60,585 bases of DNA from Chiloscyllium plagiosum (Eukaryota): positions 10,341,709-10,402,293 of the forward strand of contig NC_057740.1 of NCBI RefSeq assembly GCF_004010195.1, read 5' to 3'. How positions within the stretch are numbered: position 1 is the stretch's first letter; each line of letters begins with the position of its first letter. Below the pieces are notes generated by a model. The model did no database searches. It saw nothing but the letters and a program-made list of their open reading frames with translations, and was not told where the DNA came from. A program made the position numbers and the translations under genes. Of this stretch, positions 12,293-23,400 are shown one piece after another.

Positions 12293-12493
12293 CTAAATCA
12301 GAACATAGGAATAGCAATGGGATATTCAGCCTATTGAGCCTGCCTCCTTATTCAGTATGATCATGGTTGTTTGAACACCTCAGTGCCTTTACCCATCCAT
12401 CCCCAGGATTCCTGTATGCCATCGGGATTCAGAAATCTATCAATCTGTACCTTAAACATATTCAGAGATGGAGCTTTCACAGTTCACTGTGGA

Positions 12494-12580
12494 ATCAGCT
12501 GATGAAGGAGCAGTGCTCCAAAAGCGAGTGCTTCCAATTCAACCTGTTGGACTATAACCTGGTGTTGTGATTTTTTAACA
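12494..12580 (+). ncRNA. Minimal hammerhead ribozyme-like motif in a short Penelope-type repeat (mutated copy)
   Basis: CTGATGA 12499-12505, stem II GGAGC-agt-GCTCC, aAAA (G>A), then gcga; family copies on - at ~39108-39210 and ~52066-52160. Confidence 0.55.
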
Positions 12581-13598
12581 CAGTTCTCTGTGGTAGAGAA
12601 TTTCAAAGGCTCATAACCCTGTGAACAAAAACAGAAACTCAGACCTAAGTGGCATACTTTTAAATTGTGTCACCTGGTTCTAGATTTCTCCAGCCAGGGG
12701 AAACATCTAACTAGCATCTACCATACTCCCTTTAAAGTGAGATCAAGTCTCATTCTAGAGTTTTCACAAACTTTCTTCAAAGGACAGTCCCACCATCCTG
12801 GGAACAAGTCTGGTCATGTGTGTGGATCCTTCCACATGGAAAAGACTTAGTTCCTGAGAGAAGGAGACCAAAACTGCACACAATATTCTCTGTGCAGTCG
12901 AACCAAACGACTTCACTACTCCTGCATTTAAATACCTTTGCAATAAAGGCTGACAATCCATTAGACTTCCTAATAGGGCAAGTTAAACTTCAGTGACTTT
13001 TGACTCTTTATATCTGTTTCTCTAATTAAAGTGATTAAACTTACAGTTTTCCACATTATAGTCTATCTGTCATTTTCTTGTCCATTCAAAAAGCCTTTCC
13101 AAATCCTCCTAAAGCCACATTACATCTGCTTCACAACATACATTCTTATTTAGTTTTGCATCATTTGCAAATATGGAAATATTACATTTGGTATCCACTT
13201 CCAAATCTTTGAGATATGTTGGGAGCAGTTGCAACCCTAGCACTGATCCTGGCGGTATTGGATGGGTCACAGCCTCCCATCATGAGAGTGACTCATTTAT
13301 TCCTACCCTATTTTCTGTCTGCAAGCCAGTCATCATTCCATTCTAAATCATTGCCTCATATGCTATGAGTTTTAATTTTTCTAACCAGCCTCTTGTTGGT
13401 GCCTTTATCAGAAGCCTTCTGAAAATCTAAGTATGTTGCATCCATTGTATGCAGAATCTTCAAAAAAGCTCCAACAGGTTCATCACACACCATTTCCCAT
13501 TCACAAATCCATGCTGGCTAAGCCAGACCAGATCATTATGCATCAAGTGTTTATTTGTCCGATGCTTTTGAATGGATTCTAGAAATATCCCTAATACT

Positions 13599-14249
13599 TG
13601 TTAAAAACCAGGCCAGAGCCCCTCAAAACATTTCAAGAAAGTAGCCCGGGCCCTAACTTTGCTAGTTGTTTGAAGCAGGTGTAATGAGGATATTCCAGGA
13701 GGGATGCAATTGGTCTAACCACTTAGTTTTAAACAAAACAGAATTTATTTACAAGATTACCGAATGAAATACAAACAAAAGAGAACAGAATACTGAATAA
13801 CTTAACCTATCCGAAAACCCAGCAGATCATCCCAACTTATAGCTGCGGTTCCAAATACTTGCAACAATCCCCATAAACACACTTGGCCCAAAAGTTAAAA
13901 TCAAATACAGGGTCTTACAGGAGAGAAGTCAGAGAGAGGAAAGATCAGCATGGGCCTGCTTCTCTTGGGTCCAACAGCTTCAAAAACTGCCTGAATGCCT
14001 TCAATGGATAGCCAAAGAGCCAAACCAAACCAGAGAAAAGCTGGGCTTGGAGAACTGACCACTCCCCTTTCATTGTACAAGTGTTTCTTTCAAACTTAAA
14101 AGCCTTTTGTCTGAGGCAGTATCTGTTAGCTATAATCAAATTGGTTTGAAAACCTTTCAACTTAGACTTTTCGTAGTCTGCGTCTTTTATGACCTCTCTG
14201 AAAAAAAAACAAGGACACATAACCTTGTTAAAGGAATTACATCATCACA
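13599..14249 (-). mobile_element. Solo LTR (651 bp) inserted in a CR1 LINE
   Basis: TG..CA termini, near-perfect 4-bp TSD tact/gact, AATAAA on - at 13744-13749; CR1 sequence is continuous across the insertion. Confidence 0.75.
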
Positions 14250-14591
14250 GACTGATATAAGGTTGACAAGTCTGTAATTTCCTGTTTTTCTTCTCACTAC
14301 CTTCTTAAATATTGGAGTGACATTTGCTACCTTGCAATCCATAGGAATCATTCCAGAATCTATAGGATTCTGGTTGATAATCACCAGTGCATTGATTACC
14401 TCTGCAGCTACCTCCTTCAACACTCTTCAATGTAGACCAACAAGTCCTTGTGATTTGTTCACTTACAGCCCCATTAATTTCCCCAGTACAATCTTCTTGT
14501 AATTTCTTTCAACTTTCATTTTATTAGCTTCCTAGATCTAGCAGATTTCTTACACTGCCTGAGAGAACAGTGGAGGAAATTTTGATTATCA

Positions 14592-14908
14592 TGGCACAGT
14601 GGCTCAGTGGTTAGCACTGCTGCCTCATAGCGCCAGAGACCCGGGTTTGATTCCAGCCTCAGTCGACTGTCTGTGTGGAGTTTGCACATTCTCCCAGTGT
14701 CTATGTGGGTTTTCTCCGGGTGCTCCGATTTCCTCCGACAATCCAAAGATGTGCAGGTTAGGGTGGATTGGCCATGCTAAATTGCCCTGTAGTGTGCAGG
14801 GTAGGTGGGTTAACTGAAGTAAATGTGGGTTTACAGGGATAAGGTAGGAGGCTCTTCAGAGGGTCAGTGCAGACCTGATGGGTTGAATGGCTGTAGGGAT
14901 TCTATGAT
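14592..14908 (+). mobile_element. HE1-type SINE, near full length
   Basis: tggcacagtggctcagtggttagcactgctgcctc (A box), ggtttgattcc (B box), tail gggattctatga. Confidence 0.9.
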
Positions 14909-16349
14909 GTTCTGAAAAGGGAATTGGACAGATCAATTGAAATAACCAGTTTCCATGCTATAGTCAATTTATGATTGTTTGATTCTCGTGGAAGAGTGGG
15001 GCAGGGAACTCATTGGCAGGTGTTCGTAAAGATGCTATTGACCTTACAGGGACAATGGAAGCAAATTGCTGTGGTGGACTCTGAGCAAGTGATGCAAAAG
15101 AAAGCAGCAAAGGCAGAAGGTTTATTCCAAAGGCAATGCATGAGAGAGGGAGAGGCCAATGACTATGGGATTCATACACCCAGTCTTTGTGAACCCCAAT
15201 GCCAAGAAGGAGCATTGCAAATGGATGGTGAATCAGGCACCAGAGGGACCACTGCAGCTTCAGTAGCTGTTCCATTTGTGGCTTTCAAGGGTAACATTAG
15301 TGTGGGCATGTTAAGAACAGTCCCATCACCTGTTTTTGCATTGGCTTCCATCAAGATCAGCTCCTCATGACTGAACCATGGCTCTGTTACAAACAGTCTC
15401 TTAGCAAGATTCCCTGATTTTATTCAAGTTTCATATGGGATTGCCCCTAAATTTTCAAAGCTAATTGCTAAGGTGGACGGACTTGCTCGCTTTTAGCCAT
15501 TTATCCATTCCCTCCATTGGTCATATCAAGGTTAATTAAAGAAAGATCTTATCCCTTCTGGATGTCTTTCTCCCAGAGCAATTGAACGAGTTTAGTAGTT
15601 ATGAAACATGAGAAGACCCGTTAATGCAAAGCATAGATCAGAGATAAGACATGAGGTCAAGAAGGATAAATATATGGATCAGTCTCTGAGTTCTGTGATG
15701 AATAGACAATGGGACATTGCAGCTGTTACAGTGGGTGATACTATGTAGATAGGCAAGAGCTTGATTTTGAAATGCTTGATTTCGTAAGTCTTGAAAAGCA
15801 TTTGTCTTGTTTCCTTCGGATTGTGATTTCACTTCCTTTCTGGCTTCAGCAAATAGGGATTAACTTATCTCCTTATCACATACAATGTTTCAACATTTTC
15901 TGTGCGCTACATCACACTATGTTCTTCCTCCGAGAATTGGTCAATTCAAAGTGATCATTTCTGAATGATAACATCGTTTGCTCTATGATGCATCAAACAG
16001 CTATAAACCATTAACCAAGAAACGTTAACCTGTTGAAGACATCCATCAATTATGATTAATCTTGGTTATGTGCGACCTCCAAGTCACAGCAAGCATCACC
16101 TTTGAATTTGATACTCTGAATCTAGGAATTACATGAGAAAGATACACAAAGTACTGATCAACCTCAAATTCGTTCCAATATTGGCAAAATTCATTCCCAT
16201 GTACAAATCCTCTTGTGACTTCTCTAGAATTTTACACAACACTCCTATACAGGTTTGTCTGAAACTTGCACAAATTTCCACCACATAAACCCATGCAGCT
16301 TATAGCCCCCGTAATATAAACCACACTAAAATTTGTCTGAAACCCAATT

Positions 16350-16643
16350 AGGGTGGCACAGTGGTTGGCGCTATTGCCTCACAGCATCAAGGACAGGCAT
16401 TCAATTTCCAGCCTTTGGGTGATTGTCTGTGTGGAGTTTGTACGTTCTCTCCGAGTGTGCATTGAATTCCTTCAGGTGCTCTGGTTTCCTCCCACAGTCC
16501 AAAGATGTGCAGGGTTAGATGGACCAGCCATGGTAAATGTGAGCTTATGGGCATGGGGTGGATCAAGATGGGATGGTCTATGGAAGTTTGGTGCAGACTC
16601 AAAGGGCCAAATGGCCTCTTTCTGCACTGTAGGGCTTCTATGA
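16350..16643 (+). mobile_element. HE1-type SINE
   Basis: Same head, body and tail as the 14592 copy. Confidence 0.85.
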
Positions 16644-16730
16644 TAATCAACTCCGTGATTCGTTATCAGTGTTGTTTACAGACTTGGATATAGAGAAGAC
16701 AAGCCTGGATGTCTTTAATTATGTTTCCAA

Positions 16731-16875
16731 TGTAACTCCTTACAACAGTGACAGTCCCCTGACTCCAGGATTGATGGATGCATGAATGTTTCTTCTGTAA
16801 CATTGTTTGAATAAAGTCTCTTTTGGTGGTTTAATGAGCCAGAGTTTGACTGTCTCTCTCTTCTGTAAGGTTACA
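16731..16875. repeat. Short TG..CA element with inverted termini (mini-LTR or MITE-like)
   Basis: tgtaactccttaca ... tgtaaggttaca, internal AATAAA at 16810; no clear TSD. Confidence 0.4.
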
Positions 16876-17060
16876 ATGAACTCTATATCATTCCTGTATA
16901 ACTCATCTATTTCGTTTTGAGGTTTTCCTATTCACAGCTTGCAATTGAAAATCATGGCTTTAGTTTTTTTTTACATCTTATAATTTTACAGTCCTGGGAA
17001 ATCAAGTCCTTCATATGCCATTCTCTCAATCAAAGTAGACCAAGTCAGATAATTTCAATT

Positions 17061-17066
17061 TTTATT
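17061..17066 (-). terminator. Candidate polyadenylation signal of gene B
   Basis: tttatt (AATAAA on -) ~255 nt downstream of the stop. Confidence 0.45.
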
Positions 17067-17320
17067 TTGCTGATTATGAAAAGTACCATAGAAACAAAGC
17101 AGCACCAAAAAGTAAACACAAATCATTGCAAACAAAATTTTCAAACTGCAATTGAAGACAAATGTAGCTCCCTCTGGAGTAAATAATCTTAATTATATGT
17201 TTGGTCAAGAAATAGCTCAATTACAGTATCATTCACACAAACTTGTTGCTAAATACATGATGTTATCTAAAATAATTTCTCCAGGAATGATTTTGCTCTT
17301 GTTGCAGTAGTTGAAAGTCT

Positions 17321-17417
17321 TCAGATTATGGGATAAGAAGCACTATAGTTAATTCTACACATGTTCTTGCCTTTAATCATGCGCATGTATCCTTTCTCAC
17401 CCCAAGATGTTCCCCAG
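17321..17417 (-). CDS. Gene B last coding exon
   Basis: (S)WGTSWGEKGYMRMIKGKNMCRINYSASYPII*, acceptor ttccttttctag. Confidence 0.93.
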
Positions 17418-20400
17418 CTAGAAAAGGAAAAATATTTGTTAATATCCAAAACCCAATCTAATCATATCCAAAATTCAGACAGTGAGGATTTTTGTATGCT
17501 TGGTTCTGTAATATTTTTAATTTCTTCATTCGGATTGAATGCATTTTGGTTTTAATTTTAGTAGTGTTATCAGCAGGACATTAGGTTCATTTTAGAAAGA
17601 ATTTACTTCTGGAGATTTACAATTCCATCGAGACAAATTATTAGAATAATTGCAGCAAATGGGAGAGACAACATATAGAATCATTATGCATGGAAGCAGG
17701 TCATTCAGCCCATTGAGTTCACACTGACCCTCCAAAGAACATCCCACCTAGACCCAACCTTATTTCTATAACCCTGCATAGTCCATGGCCAACATAACTT
17801 GCACATCTTTAGACTGTGGGAGGAAACCAGAGTACCCAAAGGAAACCCACACAAATATAGAGAGAATGTGCTAACTCCACACAGGCCATCACCCAAGGCT
17901 GGAATTGAACCCAGGTCCTTGGTGCTAACCACTGAGCCACCATGCTGCCCCCTGAAAACTCATGAGATGGCCTCCAGTTCCAAGAGTAGCTTCCCTTCCA
18001 GATTGATTATTGAATGAAAAGTCTATCAGCTGCCATAGTGGCATTTGAGACCATTCCCCAAAACCATTAGCCCAGAGGCCTGGGTTATTAGTCTAGAAAG
18101 ATTCCCACTATGCCACCTTGTCCCTTGTATACTCTTACACAAAAGGTTAGTTTTGAGACAATGAGGAGTTATTACGTGCAGTGCATAGCAGTTTGTAACT
18201 ATCATGCAAGGATGAGTTTCAAAGTGTACAGCAGATGATCTGAAAAATAGATTTCTTTATTAATTCATTCACAGGATGTGGGTGTCAGTGACTAGGCCAG
18301 CATTTATTGCTAATTTCCCACTGTGCAGAAGACTGTTGAGAGTCAACCACACTGCTGTTCATCTGGATTCAGATGTAAGTCAATCCAGGCAAGAACTGCA
18401 GTTTCCTTCCTTAACATCAGGGATTACAATGGCATTTTCACCAAGCAATCAGTTTCTTGATCATCATTAGACTTTTAATTCCAGACTTTGTTGAATTCAA
18501 ATCCCAACATCTGCCACGGTGAAATTTAAACCTGGCTTCCTAGAATATTATCTGTGTCTCTGGATTAATAGTCTAGCAGTAACACTACTTGGCCATCATC
18601 TGCCTTTTGGATCCTGTGAAGTGGGATAGTATGTTCAGGCAAGGTGGAAACAATGATTGACAGCTGGGACAGAGCAGTTCTCCATAATCAGTGTAAGGGA
18701 AAGGATCAAAGATCAGCTTTGTCTCTAATCTTTAAATCAACTTAAGGTAGCCAGGGAAACAGAGGTTTCACTTACTACTCGGCAAAAATGAGATAGAGTG
18801 GTTGCAGCTGAAGGAATAAGCTTTTACAATTATTATACTCTCACAAACTATAAGTGCCAGGCAGTTGACTTGACTGCTATATAATCAAAGAGATTTAGCT
18901 ATCCCACATTTATCCATAAGGTGGCGACAGGAAGTAAATGAATCACTTTGAAAGAATTGTGTTGTATTCAATTACATCTTGATATAACGAGCTTCACTTA
19001 CATAATCGTAAATGCTTTAGGAGGTTCTGCTTATGTGTTCGCTTCTTAATGCTTCCTTTTTCCATTTGATAATTAAATAATGTCTGTGCCAGCATCAGTA
19101 TCAATACTTCATAGGGTAACAAAGATTTCCATCCTGCCTGCTTTTCTTAAATTCTTAATTTGTAGATATAGTTACCTGTTTTTAATGATCCAGTAGCTGC
19201 TTGAAGGTGCATCCACATATCCTATCAAGACCACGGCATGATCAACTCTCTTATTATTGCAGTCAGCATCATCAAAGATACCTGTAAAATGGAGGATAGC
19301 TGAAATAAACGCATAGACGCCAGTAATCTGTCACCAAGTCACCCTTTATTTACATGTGCACAGTACACTGGCTATAGCCAGCCAGTTTGGAGTCAGTCTC
19401 TTGAACTAAAGAGATCTGGTTATTTTTTTTTTCTTTTTTCTCCTTATCCCCACACTACCGCCTAACTGCGATAGTGCTTATAGGTTTTCCCAGCATCCAT
19501 GTTGTGTGAGAGTGAAGGTGTGAGACACAGTGAAAGACAACAGGTATACAAATCTTTATTCAATTTCCACTACCAGGAAGAAAGGAAACACCAGGGTGGT
19601 CAGTGACAAGCAGTGCCCTTCTCAGAGGGTATTGCTGCCGAATCAAACAGTGAAGGGGTTAAATCAAAGTAGAGTTGGAGAGGGAAATAAAGCACTCCAC
19701 TCCACTCCCTGCGGTGCTACCTCTCCCTGAGCAGCTCGAGGGTGTTGGTGAACACCGCATGCCCCTTCTCCAGAGACACTCAGGCTCGGACGTAGCCGGG
19801 GAAAAGGGGCAGGCAATCGGCCCTAACGACCCCCTCCACGGCCCGCTGCCTGGACCTATTTATGGCCAGGTTGGCCAGGCTCAGGAGCAGACCCACGAAG
19901 TGATTCCCCTGGTTTTTTGGTCAGCCAGGGCTTTCCTGATTGGAGGAGAAAGTGAGGGCTGCAGATGCTGGAGATCCGAGCTGAAAATGTGTCACTGGAA
20001 AAGCGCAGCAGGCCAGGCAGCATCCAAGGAACAGGAGAATCGACCGTTTCGGGCATTAGCCCTTCCTGAAGAAGGGCTTATGCCCGAAACGTTGATTCTC
20101 CTGTTCCTCTTTCCTGATTGGCCCAGGTTAACAATCCCAATCAATGACTTTTTATAGTCAACCGCCTGGTTCCAATCACTCCAGTAGCATTGTAAATGAA
20201 AACAATTTCGAACTATAGTTCTGCCTTCCTATTCTTGGATAATAACAAGCAAGCAAGGTTTGAAAGGCAGACCTACAAGATTTTGCATTCTCATAGCATC
20301 TTTCACCAAGCAACTTGTCCCAGAACCATTAAACAAAAAGCATTTGCAAAAGGTGACTAGACTGATCAAAAGAGAAAATTTGATTTTAAAAAAATTACTT

Positions 20401-23400
20401 CAAAAGACAGACGTATCAAAGTGAAAATATTCAAGAATTCAATTACAAGGTGTTGTGTCTGCAAATTGTGCATGAAGGTGATGTAATATCCAATTGTTCC
20501 CCATCTTGCACAGTGAGATTGAGAGATTAATTCTGAACCATGGTGAATTTTCTTTAATAAAGCAAACAGAAATTGCTGGAGAAACTCAGCAGGTCTCATA
20601 GCATCTTGGAGAAAGAAACAGAGTTAATGTTTCAGCTCTTCTTCAGATCTGAAGAAAGGTGACTGGGCTCGTAACATTGACTCTGCTTTCTCTCCAAAGA
20701 TGCTGCCAGACCTCCAGTAATTTCTGTTTTTGTTTCAGATTTACAGCATCAACAGTTCTTCATTCCACTTTAGAATTTTCTTTACCTGACTTGTAAAATC
20801 TCCAGGAATTAAGTGACGAATAAACAAGTACAGAAATTGGTCCAACACGTGCCACTAATGCAGCTAATCTTTTCTCATCAATATGCTTATACCTTTGGAA
20901 TCCTTTAATTGTGACGACGCTTTTAGCGCTACTGAAAGAGCACTGATCATTTCGCTGTAATTAAAATGAGAATCTGTTTAGCAACTTGGCAGACAAGAAT
21001 TGTCAATAAATGTCAACATCATATCACATACAAAATCCCACATATCTATGAGCTCCCAGCATCACTGTCCTCCAATACCTCTGAACACGTTCTCCATCAC
21101 TCAGTGCTGGTATGTCCCTGTGCCCTTTTCACCCAGCATGTACTGGCAGACTCATCTGGCCCAACCCCTCTACTTTCGCTTTCTAAATTTCTTTGCTTTG
21201 CTACATTCCTCCAACTTCAGAAACCACATTAAGACCCACCTTTCCATTAGCTCATTACATCCAAAATCACAAATCACATTCCAATTCAGACGTGACTCCA
21301 AACTGCTGAATTGTTTGAAATTTTTATTCATTGAACATCTCTGTGGTGCATGACAGAGAGCCACAGGCTAATCTCTGTTTCTTTATTTCTCTTTTCTCTT
21401 ATCCAGCAGTGGTCTCACAAATAACTGAGCGACTTTCCCACCACCAAAATCATCATGACTTTTATTTTTCACTGACAGGCTAATTTCTACTCTGCATTAA
21501 GTTAATTAGTCTCAGCTAGGATAGTATTTGAAAGTGCTGCAGATGCCCAGTAGAAATTTAGTCAATGCTTCCAACCCTGGTCATTATTGACAATCCCTAC
21601 TAGATGGTTTTCTATTGATATTGAATAAGGGAAGTATCAAGCTCAAATATAACACTGGCATTGAGGTCCCAATTAATTAACACTAAACATGATTGATGGA
21701 TGTCTTCAACGGGTTAGCATTTCCCAGTTGATGATTTACATATATTTGGTGGAAGGATCATTCAAATGTGATATAATTCAAAAATAGGGATAGACCAGCA
21801 GCATGGACAAGGAAAGATTTAGTCCAATGATACACTTGAATGAAGGACATTCTTTCTGCTAATAATCAAAATGACATTTGCTTGGCACTACGCATGAAAA
21901 TACTCAGATTCAGGTGACTTCTGTGTTTGCAAAGGTTCAATGAAATTGTTCCTTAAACCAGAATATCTTTCAGAACTCATAATTGACAGTCAAGTTATAT
22001 TGTATGAAATAGAGAGAATATCAGGCAGAAGATGTACCTTTGCTTGGTAGGGGTACGATTGATCAGATTCAATGCCGTATTTTTTAATGTATTTAAAGGC
22101 ACGATATGGTAAACCTCCATCGCACCCATAATTCTTAAATTCATCGGAACAGTCAATGATGTTTTGCGTGCTCAGATCCACATACTGTTTCTTTTGCTTG
22201 GCCAACTGACCTTCCACAGCTCCAACTGCAGCAAACGCATAACAGGACAAACATGAACCCTGCAGACAGAGCAGATAAATCGCCAAATGTGAAAAACACT
22301 TACAGATGTTTATTCATGATCCTCTTCACTTTGATTGAAAGAGAATCCAAATAGTTAACCAGACCTTTGCCTTGACTGTAATTGCCAACAGATGTGAACA
22401 GGCCTGGAATGTATTCATGCAAAATATTCAGTTCGAGATCAACCACTGCCACAACCTTACCCCTTCCACTTTTGGATGCCTAAATGGCACAGCATCATAT
22501 TTCAGTCCCTCACAATGTCATTTCAAGATGGCAGCATAGCTTAAGAATCAAAAACTTGATGAATTAGAGTATGCAGTGAGAAAGAGGAAGGGGGATAATC
22601 ATGAGCAGCTGGTGAGAATTGGCAGTAAAACATACACAACCTCAGGATTTGTTAATAGTGGAGTAGGGTCTATGAGCAGGCAAGTTTTACTGAACGTGTA
22701 CTGAACATAGACCTCTACTGGAGCACAATTTTGGGCACTACACTTTAGGAAGGGTGACACTGTTGCGTCATAGCACCAAGAACCTAGGCTCGATACCAAT
22801 CCTGGGTGACTGTATGGAGTTTGCTTGTTCTTCCTGTTCTGTGTGGGTTTCCACTGGGTGCTCTGGCTTCTTCCCACAGTCCAAAGATGTGCAAGTTTAT
22901 GTGGATTAGCCATGCTAAATTGGCCATAATGTCTGGGCGTGTGCAAAATAGGTGGATTAGCCATGGTAAGTGTGGGTATAGGGTTGGGGAGGATGTTCTT
23001 CGGCAGGTCAGTGCAGACTCAATGGGCTGAGTGGCCTGTATCTTCACTCAAGGGATTCTATGAATGCAAATATGTTGGAGGAAGTACAGAAGGAGTTTAC
23101 ATGAAATACGCCCACTGCCTTCTCTGCCCCCACTGACCCTCTCCTTGCAACCCAAGCTTCTAGCCCTTCTCCCTTGGTGCCCAGTCATTCCCTACCCAAG
23201 AAACCCTAGACTCAGCTTGTCCAGCAAAAAAATGCTCCTTGGTGGTCCTCCTTCCATTTCCAGCCCTATGCAATCTGATTGGCTGGCAGTTCTCAAGGAC
23301 AGGATTTCCTCTCAGTGGGGGCTGCCTCAATAAGCACATTGGTGCTGCAGGCCAGCATCGGAGTCATGGCATTGTTCCCATTTAGGGCCCTCTTGTAGCA

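Larger units (their letters stand above)
12300..14520 (-). mobile_element. CR1 LINE RT fragment, interrupted by a short Penelope-type element and a solo LTR
   Basis: ORF 14187-14423 LKEVAAEVINALVII..ANVTPIFKK..GNYRLVNL; further RT remnants (DFQKA.DK, SKFANDAK) and CR1 tail at ~12300. Confidence 0.8.
19316..20183 (-). repeat. LTR-like repeat hosting two nested insertions
   Basis: Similar to 3000-3222 once 19422-19908 and 19944-20108 are removed. Confidence 0.55.

Noticed and set aside
14592-14670. tRNA-like A/B-box sequences, here and in other copies
   Set aside because: They are SINE heads continuous with HE1 bodies, not tRNA genes.
14964-15370. Overlapping 60-131 aa ORFs on both strands
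   Set aside because: No recognisable domain, cathepsin similarity or clear splice structure.
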